From IMG/VR virus record IMGVR_UViG_2869947659_000011: DNA of 36,094 bases, one strand, 5' to 3'. Position 1 is the stretch's first letter, and each line of letters starts with the position of its first letter. Positions 26,140 through 35,237 of this stretch are shown here, in pieces. The translations under genes were made by a program, and so were the position numbers. The notes under the pieces were generated by a model, which saw only the letters and a list, made by a program, of their open reading frames with translations, ran no database searches and was not told the origin of the DNA. Source of the DNA: a virus (Duplodnaviria > Heunggongvirae > Uroviricota > Caudoviricetes).

Positions 26140-27891
26140 ATGATTCAGGACGCTTTTGTGCGCCAGCGTGCGCGGCAACTTTACTGGCAGGGTTATCCGC
26201 CCGCAGAAATATCACGTCTGATGGGAATAAACCCGAACACGATTTATGCGTGGAAAAAACGTGACCAGTGGGATGAAACGCCACCCGGGCAGCGTGTCAC
26301 GCAGTCCATCGATGCGCGCCTCATCCAGCTTACTGAAAAACAGAATAAAACAGGCGGTGACTTTAAGGAAATAGACCTGCTGACCCGGCAGCTTAAAAAG
26401 CTGCATGATGGCCAGCCGGATGTGATGGCCGCAGGAAAGAAAGGCCGGGCGAAAAAACTCAAAAATCATTTCACGCCGGAACAGATTGCCGCACTGCGGG
26501 AAAAAATCATCAGCAGGCTGGAGTGGCATCAGCGGGGCTGGTTTGACTCCCTGACCCTTTGCAGGGAAGCCGGGATACGTAACAGGATGATCCTGAAATC
26601 CCGACAGATTGGGGCGACCTGGTATTTTGCACAGGAAGTACTGCTGATGGCGCTGCGTGACGATGTGGCGCAACCTTACCAGCGTAACCAGATTTTTTTG
26701 TCTGCGTCGCGTCGTCAGGCGTTCCAGTTTAAAAGCATTATTCAGAAGGCCGCGGCTGAAGTTGATGTGGAGCTGAAAGGGGGCGATAAAATCATCCTCT
26801 CCAACGGCGCAGAGCTGCATTTTCTCGGCACTTCTGCTGCGTCGGCACAGTCCTATACGGGCAATTTTTATTTTGATGAATTTTTCTGGGTCAGTCGCTT
26901 TGCTGAACTGCGCAAGGTGGCTGGCGCTATGGCAACCCTCAGCGGACTGCGGCGCACCTACTTCTCCACGCCATCCACCGAAACGCACGAGGCATACGCC
27001 TACTGGAACGGCGACCGCTGGAACGAGAAAAAGGCCTCGCATAAACGCCAGCGTTTTTCTGTGGACTGGAAAACGCTGCATAACGGGCTTATCTGCCCTG
27101 ACCGGACGTGGCGGCAAATTGTCACGCTGGAAGATGTGGTTAATCACGGCTGGAAACACACCGATATCGACGAAATTCGTGATGAAAACACCGAAGACGA
27201 GTTCCTCAATCTCTATATGTGTGAGTTTGTCCGCGAAGGGGAATCGGCATTTAACCTGAATATCCTGATTGGCTGCGGCGTTGACGGATACGACGACTGG
27301 AAAGACTGGAAACCTTTTGCTCCCCGCCCGATGGGGAATCGTCCGGTATGGATTGGGTATGACGCAAACGGCAGCAGTGGCAACGGCGACAGCGGCGCTG
27401 TGTCCGTGGTGGTTCCTCCGTCTGTTCCTGGTGGCCGTTTTCGAACGGTGGAGACGCGACGCGTTCAGGGGCTGGAGTTTGAAGAACAGGCCAGAGTCAT
27501 TGAAGAGTTCACGTGTCGCTACAACGTGGAACACATCGGCATTGATGTGACGGGCGGGAACGGGGAGGCTGTTTATCAGATAGTGAAACGGTTTTTCCCT
27601 GCCGCTATTCCGTACACCTTCACGCTGTCATCAAAACGGTCGCTGGTACTGAAAATGCTGCAAATAATGCGTGCCGGGCGGTGGGAATACGATCGCGCCG
27701 AACGCGAGCTGGTCGCGGCCTTTAACGCCGTGCGTAAGGTGAAAACACCGGGCGGCTTTATCACTTACGAAACGGACCGAGCGAGGGGGATCAGCCACGG
27801 CGACCTTGCGTGGGCAACCATGCTTGCTGTCATTAACGAACCGATTGGCGGCGAAGGAGAAAACGAGCGTTTCACGGTTATGGAGTTCTGA
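26140..27891 (+). CDS. P: Terminase large (ATPase) subunit (P2 gpP-like)
   Basis: 583-aa ORF (P2 P is about 590 aa) with an N-terminal HTH-like region and a central ATPase/nuclease region; divergent from O as in P2. Confidence 0.88.
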   Translation: MIQDAFVRQRARQLYWQGYPPAEISRLMGINPNTIYAWKKRDQWDETPPGQRVTQSIDARLIQLTEKQNKTGGDFKEIDLLTRQLKKLHDGQPDVMAAGKKGRAKKLKNHFTPEQIAALREKIISRLEWHQRGWFDSLTLCREAGIRNRMILKSRQIGATWYFAQEVLLMALRDDVAQPYQRNQIFLSASRRQAFQFKSIIQKAAAEVDVELKGGDKIILSNGAELHFLGTSAASAQSYTGNFYFDEFFWVSRFAELRKVAGAMATLSGLRRTYFSTPSTETHEAYAYWNGDRWNEKKASHKRQRFSVDWKTLHNGLICPDRTWRQIVTLEDVVNHGWKHTDIDEIRDENTEDEFLNLYMCEFVREGESAFNLNILIGCGVDGYDDWKDWKPFAPRPMGNRPVWIGYDANGSSGNGDSGAVSVVVPPSVPGGRFRTVETRRVQGLEFEEQARVIEEFTCRYNVEHIGIDVTGGNGEAVYQIVKRFFPAAIPYTFTLSSKRSLVLKMLQIMRAGRWEYDRAERELVAAFNAVRKVKTPGGFITYETDRARGISHGDLAWATMLAVINEPIGGEGENERFTVMEF

Positions 27892-28937
27892 TGAGCAGAA
27901 AAAATAAAAAAGTGCGCATGAGTTCACGCATTGATCTCGCTGATGCGCTCAGGAAAGAATCATCGCTCAGTGCATTCACATTTGATGGTCCTTATCGCCT
28001 GACCGGGCATGACCTGCTGGACAATATGTACTGTGCTGATAACGGGCGGTGGTATGAAACCCCGGTGGACTGGTACGGTCTGGCAAGAGCTGCCCGGCAA
28101 ACGTCCTGGCATCAGTCTGCGCTTTATTTTAAGCGCAATGTATTGCTCGGTTGCTACATCCCGCACCCGCTGCTTTCCCGGCAGGATTTCTCGGCGCTGG
28201 CGCTGGACTGGTTTGTGTTCGGTAACGCATTCCTTGAGCTTCGAAGCAATATGCTCGGCGAACCGCTTAAATTACGGCACGCCCTGGCGAAATACATGCG
28301 ACGCGGAAGCGATCTTGAATCATGGAGGTATGTGCAGGATGGCAAGGATGCGTTTCAGTTTCGCCCAGGCAAAGTGTGTCACCTGATGAATCCTGACATT
28401 AACCAGGAAATCTACGGCATGCCGGAATATCTCGGCGCATTACTCTCGGCCAGCCTGTCTCATTCGGCGGACATGTTCAGAAAACTGTATTACGACAACG
28501 GATCCCACGCCGGGTGCATCATCTACATCGGTGCCGCGCAGGTAAACCGCGAAAGCATGGACTCCCTGAAAGAAACGCTACAGGGTGCGCGTGGTGGTGG
28601 TGCGTTTAAAAACGTGCTCATTCATGCGCCCAACGGGGGCAAAGAGGGGGTGCAAATTTTGCCGTTCCAGCAGATCACCGCAAAGGATGAGTTCATGAAT
28701 GTTAAGGCGGCATCCCGTGATGATGTGCTGGCTGCGCACCGCGTTCCGCCGCAACTGATGGGGGCGATGCCGGGTGAAAAAAGTGCGTTTGGTGATGTGG
28801 AGAAGGCCGCGCGGGTTTACGCAATTAACGAGCTGATGCCCGTCATGGAGGCCATGAAGCACATCAATGACTGGCTTGGCGAAGAGGTGATCCGCTTTAA
28901 CCCTTACGCACTGTTAGACATCCAGCCCACATCCTGA
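27891..28937 (+). CDS. Q: Portal protein (P2 gpQ-like)
   Basis: 348-aa ORF starting on the P stop (ATGA overlap); P2 Q is 344 aa. Confidence 0.85.
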   Translation: MSRKNKKVRMSSRIDLADALRKESSLSAFTFDGPYRLTGHDLLDNMYCADNGRWYETPVDWYGLARAARQTSWHQSALYFKRNVLLGCYIPHPLLSRQDFSALALDWFVFGNAFLELRSNMLGEPLKLRHALAKYMRRGSDLESWRYVQDGKDAFQFRPGKVCHLMNPDINQEIYGMPEYLGALLSASLSHSADMFRKLYYDNGSHAGCIIYIGAAQVNRESMDSLKETLQGARGGGAFKNVLIHAPNGGKEGVQILPFQQITAKDEFMNVKAASRDDVLAAHRVPPQLMGAMPGEKSAFGDVEKAARVYAINELMPVMEAMKHINDWLGEEVIRFNPYALLDIQPTS

Positions 28938-29427
28938 CGCGCTTCGCTTGTCTGCTGCTTCGCCGGGGCATAAAAAATTTATGCCCCGACTCTCCAGCTC
29001 CTGTATCAGTCAGATAATTTCACGACGCCTTCCAGTTTATCGCCACCATCGACGGTCAGACTCTTACGCAATCCCACCGCGTTGACTGCATGTTCTCGCC
29101 GCCTCAGTGCGATTTTGACGGCCTTACCTTTCACCCCATCAAATCAGAATCCCTCACGTATTTTTCACGCTCAGCGTGAGAAATACGGCCATTCTGTCGT
29201 GTCGCTGCGACATCGTTAAGGGAACGCTATTTACCCCCTGAAACGCGGGCTGTTCCCCCGTCACCTGCGCGCAGAAAAAGCGCGTTTTTTTGTGCACGCA
29301 CGGATCCTTGACGGATCCAGCCGCCACGCGGGCTGGAAGGGCAAAAATTCGTTCAAAAAAATTGTGCAAATTTGTGCACTATTGTGCAGCAGGGCGATGT
29401 GCGATTATCGCCCTGGTTTGAGGGGGA

Positions 29428-30018
29428 TCAGGTGTTATTTTTATCTGTCGTCAGTGGGCTAAACCATCCACAATTTACATCGCATGACTGATGCGTTCTG
29501 TCCTCGTGTTTCTCCTGCCACAATGCTTTTCCGCCAGCCTTTATGATGGCTCTTTCAACATCCCGCTCGTATCGCAAGGGCTGAAATACGTCATTAATGA
29601 AATATTCGCTTATGTCCGGAAGCGATACTGCAAAATTATTTGTTTGTTGCGCCGTCCTGCTATGCAGCAAAGCGGCATGCTTTAATGCGTCCTGTGCTTT
29701 CTGGAATTTAAGTGCATAGTCAGTGGCGATTTTTTCCAGTTCAGCGATTCGGTTGTCTTTGGTTTCCAGCCAATCAAGTAGCGCCAATACTTCAGGATCC
29801 CCGACATCCAACACTGTTACGCGTGATTTTTCATAATGTTCGTCAGCAAGAGTTCGGCCAATTTTGAAATCTCCATCATCACCATAACCGGAGCAGGCAT
29901 AAACAACCTGTGCTCCAGATATTCGCTGAATTGACATTTCCTCGCCGCAAATAGGGCATTTCGGTACTGGCACAGGTGAATAACGTTCACGTAATGCCTG
30001 ATAGTTGATTTCGCTCAT
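29428..30018 (-). CDS. Hypothetical protein with N-terminal CPIC zinc-ribbon-like motif (196 aa)
   Basis: ORF with a strong Shine-Dalgarno (AAGGAG 9 nt upstream of the ATG at 30018); MSEINYQALRERYSPVPVPKCPICGEEM..; 63 nt downstream of the ParR-like gene on the same strand. Confidence 0.5.
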   Translation of the reverse strand: MSEINYQALRERYSPVPVPKCPICGEEMSIQRISGAQVVYACSGYGDDGDFKIGRTLADEHYEKSRVTVLDVGDPEVLALLDWLETKDNRIAELEKIATDYALKFQKAQDALKHAALLHSRTAQQTNNFAVSLPDISEYFINDVFQPLRYERDVERAIIKAGGKALWQEKHEDRTHQSCDVNCGWFSPLTTDKNNT

Positions 30019-30081
30019 TAAGTCGTTCTCCTTGTTTATGTTCTGAGGTGGAGAGCAGGGCGAACTCGCCCTGATGTTGTG

Positions 30082-30393
30082 TTATTCAGGAAATAACGCC
30101 CGGATATTTCCGGCCATCTGACTGGTTATCTGTGCGGTTGATACTGGCTGTGATGCGGGGCGTTCTGTCCTGGTTTGTGTCACTGATAACGCTTCATCAC
30201 CAGCCCATGCAGCCAGTCGATAAGCCTCTGCCGGATTCATTTTCAGAAGTGCCAGCCCGGCCAGAAAAGCCACGCGTTGGCCGCTTTTGCGGGCTTCTGG
30301 TGTAAGGCTGTCCAGCCAGGCGCATGCTTCTCCTTCGTTCTTGACGGCGGTGGGCTTCAGATAGAAACTTATCCGTCTGGTTGGAGTCGTCAT
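30082..30393 (-). CDS. ParR/StbB-like DNA-binding partner of the ParM-like gene
   Basis: From the ATG at 30393 (GGAG Shine-Dalgarno upstream, overlaps the parM-like stop): MTTPTRRISFYLKPTAVKNEGEACAWLDSLTPEARKSGQRVAFLAGLALL.. resembles R1 ParR (..FKLNPDVNQ.., ..RSRLNRAALTAGLALY..) as remembered. Confidence 0.5.
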   Translation of the reverse strand: MTTPTRRISFYLKPTAVKNEGEACAWLDSLTPEARKSGQRVAFLAGLALLKMNPAEAYRLAAWAGDEALSVTQTRTERPASQPVSTAQITSQMAGNIRALFPE

Positions 30394-30397
30394 TGGT

Positions 30398-31003
30398 TTA
30401 CTCCTTGTCCATTGCGTACAGCCCATTAACCAGAGCAAACTGTGGCACCCCGTCCGCGATGAAAGTCGCATTAACTCCGCAGGCTTCGCGGATAGCGGGT
30501 GCCACAATCTCCGCCCCTCCACCGACAACCATCACCCGCCCGTAACCCGAAAAACCTGCCAGCGCGCGGATCACGCGTTGTTTCAGTGTTTCTTCCTTTT
30601 CACGAATTACCGCCATCAGGCTGGCGTAATGCGCGTCATTGTGGATGTGCTGGCGCAGCCAGGCTTCATCATGGCGATGTTCGATAATGGTATTGGCGAT
30701 GTGGTGACTGGTGCGCATACCGTTAGTGGCCATCACCGACAGTACGGCATCGGCCATCAGAGAAACGCCCACGTGTGGATCGCAAAACACCTGGCTGATA
30801 CCTGCCAGTTGCCCCTGAACCTTTGCCACATCCAGCGTGGTTCCGCCCAAATCCACAATCAGCAGGGATTCAAACGGACTCATGTCAGCCAGTGCCTTAA
30901 AGCCAGCCGGAATGGATTCAGGCATAACCCGTACGTTACGGATAGTGAATGCTTCGCCGTTCTGGTACTCCACCGGGCGCATGACGTTCGCTTTTTTGCG
31001 GTT
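30398..31003 (-). pseudogene. ParM/StbA-like actin-family ATPase, N-terminal third removed by the IS911 boundary
   Basis: ..LIVDLGGTTLDVAKVQGQLAGISQVFCDPHVGVSLMADAV.. ..RVMVVGGGAEIVAPAIRE.. ..FALVNGLYAM.. matches the C-terminal about 200 aa of ParM as remembered; the track ORF begins inside the IS911 terminus. Confidence 0.7.
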
Positions 31004-31011
31004 TGAAGTGG

Positions 31012-32180
<1,169 letters not shown>

Positions 32181-32253
32181 TGGAGCACCTGTGTTGTTCT
32201 GAGGTGAGCATATCACCTCTGTTCAGGTGGCCAAATTCAGTGTGCCACTTCAA

Positions 32254-32517
32254 ACCGAAGAACACGGCGGTGCGGAGTCCGGAGAGTAACGGAATAGCAG
32301 AGAGCTTCGTGAAAACGATAAAGCGTGACTACATCAGTATCATGCCCAAACCAGACGGGTTAACGGCAGCAAAGAACCTTGCAGAGGCGTTCGAGCATTA
32401 TAACGAATGGCATCCGCATAGTGCGCTGGGTTATCACTCGCCACGGGAATATCTGCGGCAGCGGGCTTGTAATGGGTTAAGTGATAACAGATGTCTGGAA
32501 ATATAGGGGCAAATCCA
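32254..32517 (+). mobile_element. Truncated IS2 copy (3'-terminal 264 bp only)
   Basis: Sequence from AACCGAAGAACACGGCGGTGCGGAG.. to ..GGAAATATAGGGGCAAATCCA matches the IS2 right end (compare 1469..1732, a few substitutions); the left 1067 bp are absent and IS911 abuts the break. Confidence 0.9.
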
Positions 32518-32716
32518 CTGCGGCACAGATCAGCTCGGAAAGTTCGTTAAGTGCATCCAGATCATCAGCGTAAAAAGCCACCTCATACAGACTTCGGATT
32601 GCTCTGGTCAATGAGTCACGGGCCGCACGTTCAGCATGAGCGCCTGATGCACTTAAGCGAAAATAAAAACGCTCAAGTGCTTTGTTAATGAGAGTTTTAT
32701 ATTCTTTGCCCATCAC
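32518..32716 (-). pseudogene. Hypothetical early-region gene, 3' end truncated by the IS2 right end
   Basis: Track ORF 32477..32716 (MMGKEYKTLINKALERFYFRLSASGAHAERAARDSLTRAIRSLYEVAFYADDLDALNELSELICAAVD..) runs into IS2 and ends with the same IS2-derived tail ([11 protein letters not shown]) seen on the disrupted ogr. Confidence 0.4.
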
Positions 32717-32724
32717 AACGCCCT

Positions 32725-33015
32725 TTAATCTGCTTTCTGTATTTCAGCTTCTGAATCCATACAAATAATTTCGATATAGGGTTCATCGCCATTAACCTGG
32801 CGTGCCTTTTCAGCTTCGCTAATGATTTCTCGTACGGTCTGGTACGGAAGTTCCACAAGCAGTCGCGTGCCGTTCAGATAAACGTAAGTGGCTTCGTCGG
32901 CTCCGTTTTTACCCGCCGGAGTCACTCCGTCAATAGCGGATGCACGTAATAACAGTTCACCGCGAAAATCAATAAAACGGATAAATACACCTTGTGCATG
33001 GTCTTTGGTCATAAA
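32725..33015 (-). CDS. Hypothetical early-operon protein
   Basis: Start taken at the ATG at 33015 (MTKDHAQGVFIRFIDFRGELLL..); co-directional with cox-like gene; no family recognised. Confidence 0.35.
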   Translation of the reverse strand, partial: FMTKDHAQGVFIRFIDFRGELLLRASAIDGVTPAGKNGADEATYVYLNGTRLLVELPYQTVREIISEAEKARQVNGDEPYIEIICMDSEAEIQKAD

Positions 33016-33022
33016 GCACCTG

Positions 33023-33361
33023 TTATAAATCAGTCTGTTTAATAAAACTTTGCCCGCGAAGCAGACGATCAACCGTGCGAAGTGCTTCGTATAATGTGAA
33101 ATCCTGCCCGAACTGATTGTCGCCACAGCTCAATGCAAAAATGCGGTTTCCGGTAAACGGATTGCGTGGGCATTTGTGGATCACGATTCCAGCTTTCTCA
33201 ATCAGCCAGGTGTGCTCGCCGATTTGTTTTACTGGGTAGCCATCCTGCGTTGCGTGTGTATCACTCAGGCTGTAGCGGATGTTGCTGCGTGATGCACTGG
33301 TAGTGAAACGGTTAGCGTGGCGTTCTGTTCCGGTACGAAAATTACGGCGTTGCTTCAGCAT
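33023..33361 (-). CDS. Hypothetical early-operon protein
   Basis: 112-aa ORF directly after the cox-like gene; no family recognised. Confidence 0.4.
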   Translation of the reverse strand: MLKQRRNFRTGTERHANRFTTSASRSNIRYSLSDTHATQDGYPVKQIGEHTWLIEKAGIVIHKCPRNPFTGNRIFALSCGDNQFGQDFTLYEALRTVDRLLRGQSFIKQTDL

Positions 33362-33375
33362 AAAATGACACCTCG

Positions 33376-33654
33376 TTATTTTGTCATCTGCACGTATTTT
33401 TCTGCGCTCCTGATTGTTTTCAGGAAAAGAGCGAAGAGATTTACTGTGCGTCTTGAGTTCTTTTCATCTTGGTTGATGGGAATTGAACCTCTGTCAGCCT
33501 GTCTTTTCACTGTGTTAACAGCTTGGTTGGTACGCTTTGCGTAATCTTTCAGGCTTTCTTCAAGTACTGGTAACCCATGCTCATCGCGGTAGGGATAGAA
33601 CGCTGCTAAACGCTCAAAGTCTGCCTGTTCGTGTGTGTTCAGGACTTTTGCCAT
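33376..33654 (-). CDS. Cox/Apl-like early regulator (assigned by position)
   Basis: 92-aa ORF transcribed divergently from the C repressor, where P2 has cox (91 aa); sequence not recognisably P2 Cox. Confidence 0.4.
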   Translation of the reverse strand: MAKVLNTHEQADFERLAAFYPYRDEHGLPVLEESLKDYAKRTNQAVNTVKRQADRGSIPINQDEKNSRRTVNLFALFLKTIRSAEKYVQMTK

Positions 33655-33750
33655 GTGTGATAACCTGCGCTATCTGTGGTTGTTTGTGACTTGGTGTACT
33701 TATAAGTACACCTTGTGCGCAAGCTTAGTGTACTTATAGGGACACTGTCA
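33655..33750. promoter_or_regulatory. Immunity switch region with direct-repeat operator candidates
   Basis: Two copies of GTGTACTTATA (33694..33704 and 33728..33738), the first inside the palindrome GGTGTACTTATAAGTACACC, lie between the divergent C and cox-like starts. Confidence 0.45.
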
Positions 33751-34059
33751 ATGCTTATCGGTGAAAAAATTAGAGTGATTCGTGAATCAGAGGATTTAAC
33801 GCGCGAAGAATTTTGCGGCCTGATTGATGTGCCTATCGGCACTTTGCGTCGTTATGAAACGGGGCGGATTGAAAACATAGGGGGCGAAGTGCTTATCAAG
33901 ATTGTTAATCACCCTCGCTTTTTTAAGTACATGAATTGGCTTATGACGGGAAAAACAAATGAGGCTGCTGGGCAGATCAGTCCCTCTCTCTCCCCTGATG
34001 GGCCAGAAAACACATCGTCTTCTCAAAAATCCCGCAAGACTGGTACACAGCCCGGCTAA
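33751..34059 (+). CDS. C: Immunity repressor (P2 C-like)
   Basis: From the ATG at 33751: MLIGEKIRVIRESEDLTREEFCGLIDVPIGTLRRYETGR.. (HTH) with the C-terminus ..FFKYMNWLMTGKTNEAAGQISPSL..SSQKSRKTG, resembling P2 C (..FTKYTLWFMTNQIAPESGQIAPAL..SGQKTG) as remembered. Confidence 0.78.
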   Translation: MLIGEKIRVIRESEDLTREEFCGLIDVPIGTLRRYETGRIENIGGEVLIKIVNHPRFFKYMNWLMTGKTNEAAGQISPSLSPDGPENTSSSQKSRKTGTQPG

Positions 34060-34108
34060 TCATAGAACGCTGGGGGCATGGTGGTCTTGTAACGCTGGGG
34101 TTTCACGA

Positions 34109-35086
34109 ATGAGCATAAAATCAATTCCGGGAGGGTATCTTCTTGACATGTGCCCTGAGGGGCGTAAAGGCAAACGCATTCGCAAAAAATTTAAAACGAA
34201 ATCGGATGCAGTTTTATATGAGCGGTGGGTGCTGGCGCAACAGCATAACAATGAGTGGAAAGGAAACTCTATTGATCGCCGTCCTCTGTCAGTGCTTATT
34301 GACTTGTGGTGGAAATACCACGGCCAGCTAATGAAGTCAGGGCATAACACGCGCCTTAAATTGCTGCGCTTGAGTGAAGCAATGGATGACCCGTGCGTGC
34401 ATAAACTTAATACAACGATGCTCACCGAGCTACGTGTGTCCAGGATAGAGCAGGGGATACAGCCCAGCACCATAAATCGAGAGATTGGGGCGTTAAGCGC
34501 GATGTTTACCGCACTCATCTCATCCGGCCATTTTCTTAACGATAACCCCGTTCAAGGCCTTAAAGGAATGAAGGTTAACGAGCGCGAAATGGGATATCTG
34601 AGTAAGTCTGAATGTGTTCAGTTGCTGGATGCACTGGCTGAAAATCCCGATGAACGACTGGCTGTCGAAATCCTTCTGTCGACCGGGGCGCGATGGGGCG
34701 AGGTAGCGGCACTGGAGCAGCGCCGTGTTCTTCATTGTCGAATCACTTTTTCAAAAACGAAGAACAGCAAAAACCGTACCGTTCCTATTTCTGAAAGCCT
34801 GTTTGAAAAGATCAAAAAACGGGGCGGGAAACTGGTGTTTCCGACGCTGGATTATTCATTGGTTCGCGATGTCATCAAAACGGTCGCACCTGATGTTCCT
34901 GACGGCCAGGCTGTTCATGCGCTGCACCACACCTTCGCCAGTCATTTCATGATGAACGGCGGCAATATTCTGACGCTCCAGAAAATTCTGGGGCACGCAA
35001 AGATTCAGACAACGATGATTTATGCCCATCTTGCGCCGGATTACCTGCAGGATGCGGTGAGGTTTAATCCACTAGGAGGTGCTTAA
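34109..35086 (+). CDS. int: Tyrosine integrase (P2 Int-like)
   Basis: From the ATG at 34109 (MSIKSIPGGY..), 325 aa; C-terminal catalytic region with ..HALHHTFASH.. and ..LGHAKIQTTMIYAHL.. (R-H-R-Y type); co-transcribed after C as in P2. Confidence 0.9.
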   Translation: MSIKSIPGGYLLDMCPEGRKGKRIRKKFKTKSDAVLYERWVLAQQHNNEWKGNSIDRRPLSVLIDLWWKYHGQLMKSGHNTRLKLLRLSEAMDDPCVHKLNTTMLTELRVSRIEQGIQPSTINREIGALSAMFTALISSGHFLNDNPVQGLKGMKVNEREMGYLSKSECVQLLDALAENPDERLAVEILLSTGARWGEVAALEQRRVLHCRITFSKTKNSKNRTVPISESLFEKIKKRGGKLVFPTLDYSLVRDVIKTVAPDVPDGQAVHALHHTFASHFMMNGGNILTLQKILGHAKIQTTMIYAHLAPDYLQDAVRFNPLGGA

Positions 35087-35237
35087 GAGTGAAGTTTCAT
35101 TTAGATGAACTTAAAAGAATGGCAACGCTCGATAATTTTGCGCGTTTTCTCAATGAGTCGTCTACGAATGAAAAATGTTTGTCGTGTGGCGATACGGATA
35201 TGTACATGTATTTGACGAATATTGTTGAGGTGTGAGG

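Noticed and set aside
26212-27534. 440-aa ORF on the minus strand inside the terminase large subunit gene
   Set aside because: Entirely antisense to the P-like gene; no start context; long open antisense frames are expected by chance at this GC content.
29154-29369. 71-aa ORF in the Q-proximal intergenic region
   Set aside because: Overlaps the hairpin and repeat elements, no Shine-Dalgarno; the region is more plausibly non-coding (cos-proximal sites).
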